From: Octopus sinensis
Lineage: Eukaryota
Assembly (NCBI RefSeq): GCF_006345805.1
Contig: NW_021836180.1
Location: 136,001 to 200,000, forward strand
DNA length: 64,000 nt
Reading direction: 5' to 3'
Shown here: piece after piece, positions 23,674 through 36,777 of the stretch
How positions within the stretch are numbered: the stretch's first letter is position 1
Layout of the letters: each line of letters opens with the position of its first letter
Notes under the pieces: model-generated
The model's database searches: none
Told to the model about the DNA's origin: nothing
The model's input: only the letters and a program-made list of their open reading frames with translations
Translations under genes and position numbers: made by a program

Positions 23674-24493
23674 GTTACAAAACTTTACAACCATGATATT
23701 TAGGGTTCAGTCCCACAAGACAATACCTTCAGCAAGTGTCTTCTATTATAGCCGAGAGCAGACCAATTCCTTGTGAGTGTGTTTGGTACACAGGAACAGG
23801 GTGGAGGCCCATTTTGTGTGTGTGTGTGAGTGTGTTTATTATACCTCCTCATAATTTAGCTGTTCTACCATAGAGACTGATGGAATAACTACCCAATTTT
23901 AAAATAAATGAGTTTTGGGGTTGATGTGTTTAACTAAAAAATGCCTTTTAGGTTGTGACTTAGAATGGCTGCAGTCCAACGACCAAAATGAGTTGTGGAT
24001 AAAAGACGGGATATGGTATACACATAGTTACATTAAAATTCCGATTCACAAAACGTGTACAGGGCCAGAAATGTGTGTAGAGTATGTAATTGATTTAATC
24101 AATTTTATTTCTTAATTGGCCATTCTTTTATGGACATCAAAAGCATAAAAAGCAAAGCCAAGATTGGTGACTATTGCACCTACAGCTAAAAAAAGAAAAA
24201 AATCAAATAATTCAGTTCCATGCAGAGTTAAATGTTCAGTACTCAGTTTGAATGTCTTTAAACTTCATATATTCATATTGCACACAGAAAATAACACAAG
24301 TTCAATAAATATAAGGATTATGGTTTTATATTTTATTATATTTTACAGCTGTATAGATATATAAAATATTTGTTTATTGATCTGTTACAGGAATTAGCTG
24401 AGTAAAAGTAATGATATACAAGTTAAAATGTTAAGGTATTTTTCTCAGTTATACAGTAGTGAAAGTCTTAAAATATGAAATAAACAGAAATTG

Positions 24494-26792
24494 TTAGGCA
24501 ACCATTTTGTTTTTTATGAAGTTTGTAGCTTTTTCTAGTAACTTCTCTGAATACAGTGGTTGTATATTCTGAGATTCCAGCCACACAATTGCTTTCTTTT
24601 CAATAAATTCCCATTCACAGTGCTGGGAAGCTAATTTTTCTCTTAGTACAGCAACAACAAGAGCTGTAGCCCATACTTTATCACTAACAGATGGATTCTC
24701 ATCGTTCAGATCCTTAAGAGAAATATTGAGAGCTTGAGCCAATTGATCATCTAGATTCCAGAAAACAGAGAAAGCTTGTAGATCAACCAAACCTGTTAAA
24801 ATGTCCTTAATTGTTCCCTTTGAAGAGGTTAAGTCTGAGTGAGGTGACTGTCTTGAATTCTCAGCATTTATACTTAAGGAATTATTTATGGAAGCATACA
24901 TTCCAGCTATATCTTCTCTCGGACGTACTGGCATTGGCATAGAGTGTTGTAAAACTCTGTTGTAAAACTTACGGAACATTCTTACTATTGCAGGAACATT
25001 CTTACTACGAGAACGCCTGGCTTTAGGTGTAAATGCCCTAGAGACTGTTTGAATAGCAACTGGAACATGTTCATCCAAAGCAACAAAACTTGTGTACTTT
25101 GAAACTAAATTAGCCATTGTACCCAAATCGATAATCTCTGATTTTATTTCATCACCTTTACCCAAATCTTCATTTAATTCCAATTCCTGTATTTTCCTTT
25201 TCACACAAAGACGGTGTATTGTCATTTCCTTATTATTCTGTCCCAACAACCTTGCTTCAAAATCAAGTGAAAAGTCTGATTCACCAATTTTACCACAAAG
25301 ATTCAATTTCACATTTTTGCAACTAGTCTCAGCTTCATGCAAAACTAGATAAAGGATTAAATTTTCTTCACTGAAAATACATGGCAGCCTTTCTGGAACT
25401 GAAATAAAGGATAATTCTTTATTGTTTTCACCATGTTTAGCAGAGAGACAAACCGAAGATACAAATGGTTGCATTGACAATTTTAATAAACGCATAACTT
25501 TTGCCTTAAGGTTGTCGTTTGTCATCACAAACTCTGCTTGTCCCTTCCCTGCGCGGGCAATACCTTTGACCAATTCTGTAGAAGCTCCAGAACCAATACC
25601 AATTGTGAAGTATCGTGTGTTGTTTACTTGTGACTTGACCAATTGAATGACATCGTTTGTGCTGTAGACTTCACCATCAGTTATTAAGAATACTTGTCGA
25701 TGGAAATTTTGAAATGGTTTTTTGTCAGAGAGTGATTTCAGTGCACTAAGAATTTCTGTTCCTCCTGAAGCATATAGATTTTTCTGGAATTTCAATGCTT
25801 CATTCAGAGAATCTTCACTATATTCTTGGCTTCCTTCTTTGAACAGAAATTCAAAATCATTATTGAAGCTGATAGCATTAAATGAGCAACCCAAAGGTAA
25901 ACCTTTTAAGAAAAGTAACAAGGTATCTTTTGCTGCTTCAATTTTCTCTCCACTCATGCTTCCTGAGCAATCAATAACAAAAATATAGTCATTAGCGGCA
26001 GATTGTTTTACTTGCGGAAGTTCTGGAAACACATTTATCATCATAATATCTTTAGAAAACATTCCTTTAGAATTCTCATCTCCTTTCTCTAAAATTACTT
26101 GTGGTTTTTCTACATCTTCATAGTACACTTGCAGAAGAAGGTCTTTCTCAAAATTGAATTCCTTTGCCATTCTCACAGTAGCATGACACTTGTTATCCTG
26201 ATATTCCACGTTAACTGGATGTTCTGATTTGATGTCTTTGATTTGTGAATTCCAGTTGACGGAGGCATTGAAACTAAACTCTTGGTTTAGGTGCATTTTG
26301 ATAATTTTCATCTGCAGGTTTAAGACCATATCTGGGATTAAGCACAAATGGCATATGAAATTTCACTGCCCCATCAACTTCACAAGAAAGTTCAGAAACA
26401 AGGCATATTTGTAAATGGATCTTTTCATTTGCTGGAATATTACCTAAACTATACTCAAAAATATCGCCAGATGTACTTGTCTCTCGCAACAAAATGGCAG
26501 ACTGACCTTTATCTACAGCTTCTTTGTATTCCTTTTTGGCAACATCTTTGTCTTTAGATTTGGCAACTAAATGGACATCACCAATTTTAGCTTCGAATTT
26601 ATATACGGCACTGTCTTCTTCCACAGGGAAAACAAACTTAGCTTCTGTTTTGTGTTGGCTTTCATTTATATATTCAGCCTCGATGTTGACGTGTGACGTA
26701 AAACCATTAATGGAAATCGTGTGTGTGGCATAGAGAAGAGAAACCTTTGTTTTATTTTCACAGATGATTCCAAATACCATTAAACAATCCAT
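24494..26792 (-). CDS. VWA5A: VWA5A-like copy B2 (starts MDCLMVFG); one 2-bp frameshift at ~26283, either a sequencing error or a recent pseudogene
   Basis: ORFs 26274-26831 and 24494-26347 join into a full-length homolog of A1. The plus strand reads ctctt-gg here versus ctcttttgg in A1, A3 and A5 (T-run shortened). Confidence 0.85.
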
Positions 26793-26808
26793 ATTGTATT
26801 TAAAATAC

Positions 26809-26836
26809 CTGTATAGAAAAAAAATAAACAAAAATT
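26809..26836 (-). promoter_or_regulatory. Candidate splice acceptor 16 nt upstream of the type-B ATG
   Basis: Minus strand reads tttttgtttatttttttctatacAG|gtattttaaatacaatATG. Confidence 0.6.
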
Positions 26837-27145
26837 AATGCAAAAAACCCCCAAAAATGGAATTATTGAGGATCCTGATGATAATTACATGTAAAGATCA
26901 AAATAGGAAAAAAATTCATATATAAATATGGCATGTTAGTCATGATTGCCACTTGTAACATGTCACCTAGTACAGTCTGTACCATATCTGAACTGTCAAC
27001 GACTAAACTGGCAAAAACACCAAGAGTGCTTGGTGGGTAGGATGCTATCTGGATGCATTGAAGGATGTAAAATCTGTCAAAGACCTGCCAAAGGTTTGGT
27101 GAAGTGAAGAGAGGCACAGGCCATTCAATTACATAAAATTTATAT

Positions 27146-27790
27146 ACATTGATCCCTTGCTACTACGCAGTTCAACTATCGCAGATTTTTAAAATATATA
27201 TATATGAACACCTAAAATTTTTCATTTAATCCATTAAAATATTAATAATAAATATTATTTACTAGTCTAGGAACAACAAAACAAGCATAAAATAGCAAAA
27301 AAGCATATACAGGGGTATTTGAACTTAAGACAGGCTGTGATTGGTGCAATGGAGAGAGATGATGAATTGCAGCTTTCTATTTTGTAATCTGGCCTGTGAT
27401 TGGTGCTTTGTCTGACGCTCAGATCTGCAGCATCTTCCCTTTCGCGGCCATTTCGCTTCAGGCTTTCTCGCTTAGTGGTTTACTGTACTATTTTACGCTG
27501 TGCAGTGTGTAATTCTTTTTGTTTCTTTGTGTTGAATTTTGCATTTTCATCCCCTGCAATGGCTCCCAAGCGTGCTGCTTCTTCCAAGGCTGATACTGAG
27601 CCTAAATGCAAACGAAGAATGATGTCGATTGCTGAGAAGGTGAAACTTCTGGATATGTTGAAGGAAGGGAGAACTTTCGCTGCCATTTTAGCGTGAACAG
27701 ATCCACTGTTCACTACATCAAGAAGGATGAGGCTAACATTAGGAAAACGGCTGCCATCACCTTTAATATGTCGGTGAAGACATTTGACTT
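27146..27790 (+). mobile_element. Tc1/mariner pogo/Tigger-like transposon fragment (5' end plus N-terminal HTH of transposase)
   Basis: From 27559: MAPKR...KRRMMSIAEKVKLLDMLKEGR then NRSTVHYIKKDEANIRK after a frameshift, a CENP-B/psq-type HTH as in Tigger. TIR-like ccttgctactacgcagttcaactatcgcag at ~27153. Confidence 0.7.
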
Positions 27791-28987
27791 TGCTAACACT
27801 GAATATGGATTCCATAAGTTTTGTGATAAAACTCTTCCAACATATTCCTGTGTCTTACAACACTACCCAACAAGTTGTACATTTGGTCTTTAGAGTTTGT
27901 TCTATATTATCCCATCATGAAACTAAAATGGATTCATCATAATTTTCATTCTTTTACGCGTTTCAGTTATTAAACTCCAACCATACTGGGGCACTGACTT
28001 GAAGATGTGAGTAGAGCAAATCTCTTAACAGAAATCCAGAATAAGATGTACACATAAATGTCAAGGCTTTTCAAATAGTTTCTAATATCATAAGAATGAT
28101 AGTAATGATGAACCAAGATAAAATACAGATGTGATAAACGTAGGATAGAGTTTTATACAATTATTTGTCTCAGATATTTATTTATTAAACCCTGTTTCTT
28201 TAAAGAATTTCTAATGACAAAAGATGAGTCTATCGTGAATATTGTCGTGCCACCTTCCTTGAAACTGGAAGGAAGAACCATTTTCATTGTACTTGTGGCT
28301 ATAGTGAAAGAATGTGTATGTGTATTATTTGAAGAGGAAGGTGAGAGTAGAGAGGGAAGTTTTGTCTAGTGAATGTTTAAAAAAAAGATGGGTGAATGTA
28401 GCAAGGATGGCATGTGTGAATGACAGAGCCAGCTTGAGCATAATCCTACGAACCAAAAAAAAAAAAGGGGAAAAGAGAGCCACTTACTGTAATGTGTTTA
28501 TTTTTGCATGACACTATTGCCGAAGGTTTTCGTGGTCTTTTCTGTAGGCTTTTCTTTCCATGGATAAACTTAATCTGTTTTCTCTTTTTACATTGACATT
28601 TCTGTGATACACGATCCCTATTGATTACACTCCCACCACCATTTTTTTTTTTCACGATCCCTTTTGATCGGAATTCGACCAACTTTTTTTTCTTCTTTTC
28701 TTCTTCTTCCCCAAAAGAAAAGCTCTACTTTGTATTTTTTCCCCTCTGTATTTCAGTCCTGTGTGGCCAGTAAAGAAACATATAATGACCGAAGACAATG
28801 TGAACCTACAGCTAAATAATGATTGTTTTCCTCAATTTAGTAGTGTTAAATGCTGAGAACTCTGTTTAAATATCTCTAACTAATTCTCTACCATATCTCT
28901 GCTGAATTGCATTGCCTTTGTTCCAATTAATTTTCAAAATAATGAAGAATTTAGTGATATAACTTTGTCATTATTAAGCTGGTGTTT

Positions 28988-29220
28988 TAGGGCAGCAAGC
29001 TGGCAGAATCTTTAGCACCCTGGGCAAAATGCTTTGCGGTATTTCATCTGTCATCACATTCTAAGTTCAAATTCTACCAAGGTCGACTTTGCTCATCATC
29101 CTTTCGGGGTCGATCAAATAAGTACCAGTTACGTACTGGGGTCGATGTAATCGACTTAATCTCTTCCCACAAATTTGAGGCCTTGTACTTCCAGTAGAAA
29201 GGATTACTAAACTGGTGTTT
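28988..29220 (+). mobile_element. SINE family 3 insertion with 9-bp TSD ctggtgttt, unit 1 only (other family 3 copies 3136-3320, 3715-3930, 15100-15230 minus, 44835-45080 minus)
   Basis: TSD at 28979-28987 and 29212-29220; empty site aagctggtgtttgggacat at ~59691-59709; B box aagttcaaattc. Confidence 0.8.
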
Positions 29221-29895
29221 GGGACATAAATTAGAATAATATTTTGATGGAAGGTTACAATTTAGATAACATAAAAGTAAGAAGTTTGTCACAGAACCTG
29301 CAAAGTCTTGGAAATATATTCACACTTGATACACACAAAAAAAAATAAATAATAATAATAACACAAAATCAACAATTACAGGATTATGTTACGTTCATAT
29401 ATTTGATGAGCAAGATTTTTTTATGTGAAGTTGTGTGTTGAAACATAGACGCACATAGAGATATACACATGCGCAAATGAAGACACATACAATAGAAACA
29501 CAAAATGGCTGACAGTTAGTAAGGTGAGACACAAATAAGAAAGAAGAAAGCAAAGGACCACTGATGTGGTCACAGGAGTGTGACGAAAGAACTCTGGCCG
29601 AAATAAGATTAAGATTAATGTAAAAAATAAATAACACTGAAGCAAAGTAACACCAAATATATAGTGCGTGTGTTTTTATTGGCTAAACTGGCAAAATGAC
29701 CATTCCGAAATACAACAATATAGGATTATGGCTTTATATTTTATTATATTTTATAGCTGTATAGATATATGAAATATTTGTTTACAGATATTTTAGAGGA
29801 ATTAGTAAAGTATTGATATATAAGTTAAAATGTTAAGGTATTTTTCTCAGTTATACAGTAGTGAAAGTTTTAATATATGAAATAAACAGAAATCG

Positions 29896-32282
29896 CTAGG
29901 CAACCATTTTGTTTTTTATGAAGTTTGTAGCTTTTTCTAGTAACTTCTCTGAATTCATTGGTTGTATATTCTGAGATTCCAGCCACTCAATTGCTTTCTT
30001 TTCCATTAATTCCCATTCACAATGCTGGGAAGCTAATTTTTCTCTTAGTACAGCAACAACAAGAGCTGTAGCCCATACTTTATCACTAATAGATGGATTC
30101 TCTTTGTTCAGATCCTTAAGAGAAATACTGAGAGCTTGAGCCAACTGATCGTCTAGATTCCAGAAACCAGAGAAAGCTTGTAGACCAACCAAACATGTTA
30201 AAATATCTTTATTTGTTGACCCAGAAGACATAAAGGATTCCTCATCAGTCACACGTCGTACTTTAAATGGGGGAGGCATGCAACTTGAATCCACAGAATC
30301 AGCACCAAAAGAATCACCATCATCAGAGTCATCCTCCAATTCATCATCAATGTCATCTACTCTTTCAGCAACTACAGAATTTTGATTGTATGCTTGTGGT
30401 GAAGCTAAACACATCATTGGCATGCAACGCCTTTTCATAAATTCTGGAACATGTTTCTTCACACCAAACGCTTTTATTCGTGACGAAGAAACATAACCAC
30501 ACATGGCACTACGTGTTGGAGCTACCAGAGAGGCCATTTGAAAATCCAATCGAACATGTTCATCCAAACCAACAAAACTTGTGTACTTTGAAACTAAATT
30601 AGCCATTGTACCCAAATCGATAATCTCTGATTTTATTTCATCACCTTTACCCAAATCTTCATTTAATTCCAATTCCTGTATTTTCTTTTCACACAAAGAC
30701 GGTGTATTGTCATTTCCTTATTATTCTGTCCCAACAGACTTGCTTCAAAATCAAGTGAAAAGTCTGTTTCACCAATTTTACCACAAAGATTCAATTTCAC
30801 ATTTTTGCAACTAGTCTCAGCTTCATGCAAAACTAGATACAGGATTAATTTTTCTTCACTGAAAATACATGGCAGCCTTTCTGGAACTGAAATAAAGGAT
30901 AATTCTTTATTGTTTTCACCATGTTTAGCAGAGAGACAAACCGAAGATACAAATGGTTGCATTGACAATTTTAATAAACGCATAACTTTTGCCTTAAGGT
31001 TGTCATTTGTCATCACAAACTCTGCTTGTCCCTTCCCTGCGCGGGCAATACCTTTGACCAATTCTGTAGAAGCTCCAGAACCAATACCAATTGTGAAGTA
31101 TCGTGTGTTGTTTACTTGTGACTTGACCAATTGAATGACATCGTTTGTGTTGTAGACTTCACCATCAGTTATTAAGAATGCTTGTCGATGGAAATTTTGA
31201 AATGGTTTTTTGACAGAGAGTGATTTCAGTGCACTAAGAATTTCTGTCCCTCCCGAAGCAAATAGATTTTTCTGGAATTTCAATGCTTCATTCAGAGAAT
31301 CTTCACTATATTCTCGGCTTCCTTCTTTGAACAGAAATTCAAAATCATTATTGAAGCTGATAACATTAAATGAGCAACCCAAAGGTAAACTTTTTAAGAA
31401 AAGTAACAAAGTATCTTTTGCTGCTTCAATTTTCTCTCCACTCATGCTTCCTGAGCGATCAATAACAAAAATATAATCATTAGCGGCAGTTTGTTTTACT
31501 TGCGGAAGTTCTGGAAACACATTTATCATCATAATATCTTTAGAAAACATTCCTTTAGAATTCTCATCTCCTTTCTCTAAAATTACTTGTGGTTTTTCTA
31601 CATCTTCATAGTACACTTGCAGAAGAAGGTCTTTCTCAAAATTGAATTCCTTTGCCATTCTCACAGTAGCATGACACTTGTTATCCTGATATTCCACGTT
31701 AACTGGATGTTCTGATTTGATGTCTTTGATTTGTGAATTCCAGTTGACGGAGGCATTGAAACTAAACTCTTTTGGTTTAGGTGCATTTTGATAATTTTCA
31801 TCTGCAGGTTTAAGACCATATCTGGGATTAAGCACAAATGGCATATGAAATTTCACTGCCCCATCAACTTCACAAGAAAGTTCAGAAACAAGGCATATTT
31901 GTAAACGGATCTTTTCATTTGCTGGAATATTACCTAAACTATACTCAAAAATATCGCCAGATGTACTTGTCTCTCGCAACAAAATGGCAGACTGACCTTT
32001 ATCTACAGCTTGTTTGTATTCCTTTTTGGCAACATCTTTGTCTTTAGATTTGGCAACTAAATGGACATCACCAATTTTAGCTTCGAATTTATATACGGCA
32101 CTGTCTTCTTCCACAGGGAAAACAAACTTAGCTTCTGTCTTGTGTTGGCTTTCATTTATATATTCAGCCTCGATGTTGACGTGTGACGTAAAACCATTAA
32201 TGGAAATCGTGTGTGTGGCATAGAGAAGAGAAACCTTTGTTTTATTTTCACAGATGATTCCAAATACCATTAGTCTATTCAT
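29896..32282 (-). CDS. VWA5A: VWA5A-like copy A3 with a distinct acidic linker; one 1-bp frameshift at ~30685
   Basis: ORFs 30663-32282 and 29896-30696 join. Sequence is gtattttcttttcacac versus gtattttccttttcacac in A1 and B2 (one C lost). Confidence 0.85.
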
Positions 32283-34376
32283 GTTTGCAATGAAAGTGCT
32301 AGATAAAATAGAAGGAGAAACATCTTATTTAGAAATGATATATACATGTTGCATTTAAAAGGTTATTTTATTTTTGGTGAGAGATGATAGTGCTAAGTAA
32401 ATATGACTTCTAATTGCCAGGTCCATTGACAGCAGTTATCCTGATAATGTTCTTGGAGGTGCACATGTATGTGTGTGTGGAAGTATGAAGAATCTATTAC
32501 CACTGCTGTTGCTGCTACAACTCCTACTACTACAAAAAGTACTGTTGCCACTGGTTGTGCCCTTGTGCTGGTGAATGAGGTAGAGATGGTACACAAATGA
32601 TGACAATGTTGTCAGAGACAATCATATTTTGCTCCAGCTTGACCTTGTTCCTCCACAATGATAGTGAAAAGTGTATTGCCCATGACAATCCCATCTCTGT
32701 ACATGCACAGCTTATCTAGTTCTACATTATATAGTGTGATCCTCCTCATTTAGAGATGGCTGAGTGTGATATGAGGGAGAATTTGTTACTGTTTCTTGTT
32801 GGTATGTTATTGTTGTTGAAACTTAAGTCAAACCTAAACAGACAAAACTATAATAAAAATAAATTCTAGTCACAATCAAGCCATCTCTCATGACACAGTT
32901 TATCTTAGACTATATCATCCTATGTGTTCTTCCTATGTTTTAAAGACTGCAGGTCATGACTTGAGAGAGGTGCTTGTTACTTATAGCAGGTCAATAAACC
33001 CCATAGTGTATATTGAATTGGCTCATTATGTTTACTGTTGTTGTTGTTGTTATCATCATCATTATCATCATCATCAAAGCGGCAAACTCGCAGAATCGTT
33101 AGCATGCTGGGTGAAATGCTTAGCCGTATTTTGTCTGCTGCTATGTTCTGATTTCAAATTCTGGTCAACTTTGTTTTTCATCCTTTCCGAGTCGATAAAT
33201 TAAGTACCAGTTAAACACTGGGGTCAATGTAATCAACTAGTCCCCTCCCACTAAATTTCAGGATTATTATTATTATTATGTGAAGGTGCAAGGCTCAGTG
33301 GTTAGAGCATCGAGCTTACAATCGTGAGGTTGTGAGTTCAAATCCTGGAGCGGGCTGCGTGTTGTGTTCTTGAGCAAGACACTTTATTTCACGTTGCTCT
33401 AGTTCACTGAGCTGTAGAAATGAGTTGTGACGTCACAGGTGCCAAGCTGTAATGGCCTTTGCCTTTCCCTTGGATAACACTGGTGGTGTGGAGAGGGGAG
33501 GCTGGTATGCATGGGCGACTGCCGGTCTTCCATAAACAACCTTGCCCGGACTTGTGCCTGAGAGGGTAACTTTCAAGGTGCAATCCCATGGTCAGTCATG
33601 ACCGAAGAGGGTCTCAGCTCAGCATTATTATTATTATCATAATTATTATTAAGGCAGTGAGCAGGCAGAATCGTTAGCATACCAGGCGAAATGCTAACCA
33701 GTATTTTACTTGTCTTCACAGTCTGAGTTTAAATTCTGCCAAGGTTGGCTTTGCCTTTCATCCTCTTAGGGTCAATAAAATAAGTACCAGTTGATCATCG
33801 GTGTTTACATTGATCACTGGAGTCGATGTAGTGTACTTCCCCTTTCCCTGAAAACTGCTGGCCTTGTGCCAAAATTTGAAACTATTATCATTTTTTGTCA
33901 GGGCATGGATTGGTAGAATCACTGGCGCATGGGGTAAAATGTTATGTGTTGTTTCTTCTGGCTCTTTATGTCCTGAGTTCAAATCCCACCAAGGTCAATT
34001 TTGCCTTTATTCTTTCAGATTCAACAAAATCAAGAAACAGTTAAATACTGGTGTCCATGGTACCAATTAAGCCCCTTCTACTCCCATTTCAAAATTTCAG
34101 GCCCTTTGCCCACATTAGAAATTATGATTTGTATTAATTATTATCTCGTCAGTGATGAGTGAGCAGACTCGTTAGAATGTTGAACAAAATATTTAGTGGT
34201 ATTTCATTCAGCTCTTTATTTTCTGAATTGAAATTTTGCTGAGGTCAGCTTGGCCTTCCATGTAGTGGAGGGTTGAGAAATCCAAGTACCAGTCATGTAT
34301 TGAGGTTAATGTAACCAATAATCTCCTGCCACTAAAACTGCTGGCCTTGTGCCAAAATCTGAAATCATTATCTGTG

Positions 34377-34410
<34 letters not shown>

Positions 34411-36484
34411 CAGTAGTAGTACAAATGGGAGTAGTAGAAGCAGCAGCTTTAGTCATTTTTATTTTAGCTCAGACATGATTAAGGTAACCTAATTTCAAAG
34501 GTATTCTAACCATTAAAATCCTGTCTTTTTGTTAATTGAAGGAGGCTTGGCACTAGTTCTAGCATGTTGAGTGACTACATAGCATAAGAATGAAAGTAAT
34601 TTTAAGGAATGCTCTCAAAAGCTATTCAAATAAACTGATATTGCCCTCAAATTTCGAAATGCATAAAAATACAGCAATCGGTCATAGACTCATGTCATGT
34701 ATTAATTATATATACTCTTCTACTTGTTTCAGTCATTTGACTGTGGCCATGCTGGAGCACCGCCTTAAGTCGAACAAATCGACCCCAGGACTTATTCTTT
34801 GTAAGCCTAGTACTTATTCTATTGGTCTCTTTTGCTGAACTGCTAAGTTACGGGGATGTAAACACACCACCATCGGTTGTCAAGCTATGTTGGGGAGAAC
34901 AAACACAAACACATAAACACTCACACAAGTATACATATATATATATATATACGACGGGCTTAGTTTCCATCTACCAAATCCACTCACAAGGCTTTGGTTG
35001 GCCCGAGGCTATAGTAGAAGGCACTTGCCCGAGGTGCCATGCAGTGGGAATGAACCTGGAACCATGTGGTTGGTAAGCAAACTACTTAGCTCACAGCCAC
35101 TCCTGCACCTATATAAAAAATGAAATATGCAGCATGTTGACAGAGCAGCTAACTGGCTTCCATACCAGTGGCACATAAAAAGCACCATTCGCGTGTGATC
35201 GTTACCAGTATTGCCTTACTAGCACTTGTGCGCGTGCTAGTAGGGTGCCAAGAGCACCATCCGAGTGTGATTGTTGCCACAGGGCACCATTCATGCATGA
35301 ACGTTACCAGCGCGGCCTTACTGGCACCTGTGCCGGTAGCACGTGTAAAAAGATTCGAGCGAGGTCATTGCCAGTACCGCCTGACTGGCCTCCGTGCAGA
35401 TGGCATGTAAAAAGCACTCACTACACTCTCGGAGTGGTTGGCGTTAGGAATGGCATCCAGCTGTAGAAACTCTGCCAGATCAAGATTGGAGCCCGGTGCA
35501 GCCATCTGGTTTGCCAGCCCTCAGTCAAAATCGTCCAACCCGTGCTAGCATGGAAAGCGGACGTTAAACGATAATGATGATGATGATGTGAATTTCGTGC
35601 GCAGAAACTGTGTGGAAGCCATCTTTGTGTCTGAGTATAATATATATATGAATATATGTGTGTGTGTTTGTGTGTATGAGCACAGGTGTAGCTGTGTGGT
35701 AAGAAGTTTGCTTCCCAACCATATGCTTCTAGGTTCAGTCCCACAGGGTGGAACATTTGAGCAAATGTCTTCTACTATAGCCTCGGGGACAAGTGAAGCC
35801 TAATAAGTGGATTTGGTAGACAGAATCAGAAAGAAGCACAGTGTGTGTATGTGTGTGTGAGAGAGAGAGTATTTCTTTATTCACCATAAGGTTGAGAAAA
35901 AGAGGGGACAAAACAAACGTTGGGGTCAGGGTATCGAATGAGACGAAACGTATGAATAAACAAACAATTAAAATCTATACAATTAAATGAGAATGAGTGA
36001 ATAACAAAAAATGAAGCAGAGGACGCAGTTGACCCCACAAACCCCATACTCACACTGAAGACTTTGCTTTCTCCTTTTTTACATTCTCAATTAAACAGGT
36101 TCTTTCACTCGCAACATATTTGCTATAGACTTCTATCTTTTACGAAACACACTTTGCGACAGGCATTTCTTCTCCAGCCTTATTTTCCGTTTCATGTGGA
36201 AAACGAAAAAGTTGATTAGCTGGAGACTGGAGATAAACATGCCTGTTGCAATTCCTTTTACTCTCGTCTTCTTTCACCATAGCAACTACCGAGAGAAAAC
36301 AGGCTCGCTCCTCCCTAAGAGTCCGTGTATCTCCTTTTGTCCTCCACCACAACTGGTGTTTGTTTGCTTAAGTGTATGTAACTTAGCAGTTCGACAAAAT
36401 AACCAACAGAATGAGAACCAGGGTTAAACAAAAAATATTGGAGTCAATTCGTTTGGCTAAAATCTCTTCAAGATGGTGCCCCAG

Positions 36485-36777
36485 TGTGGAATGACGTCAG
36501 CAGCTGGACGTCAGCAGCCGGGTGCGTTGACCGGAAGCTAGGGCAACCGGAAGGGGTCAGCGTCAGGCGTGCGCAGGGAGCGGGGAATTGCGCCCTTTCC
36601 AACGTGGGTCGTGGAGGTGACAAGACGTGTGAGGACGTCGCTAAGGGTTTGGGCTAGCAGCTGCTATCGTTAGTGTTCGGGTCGGGGCTGTGTGGAAGGA
36701 CTAGTCACCGCTGGAGGGTCTCCGTCACTAAGAAGAGAAGGTAGGTGCCTCTATATTCAAATCGCGCACACACTACA
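36485..36777 (+). repeat. 5' LTR (293 bp) of copy 2
   Basis: Direct repeat of 40416-40694 plus a 14-bp internal duplication; TGTGG...CTACA ends. Confidence 0.93.

Larger units (their letters stand above)
2339..32282. repeat. Segmental duplication unit 1 (~29.9 kb: A flank, Gypsy element, spacer, gene B, gene A)
   Basis: Colinear near-identity with 32283-62174, e.g. 2339-6260 vs 32283-36330, 16820-24400 vs 47825-55700, 26860-28220 vs 58100-59480. Type-A start codons are spaced 29,944 and 29,892 bp apart. Confidence 0.9.

Noticed and set aside
26793-26831. Longer N-terminus of B2 (MFIFFLYRYFKYN) given by the ORF track
   Set aside because: Runs through the polypyrimidine acceptor; alignment with type A places the start at 26792.
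36485-36777. Tf1-type self-priming as explanation of the odd PBS
   Set aside because: By eye I found no GCCGAAATAGCT-like sequence in the LTR.
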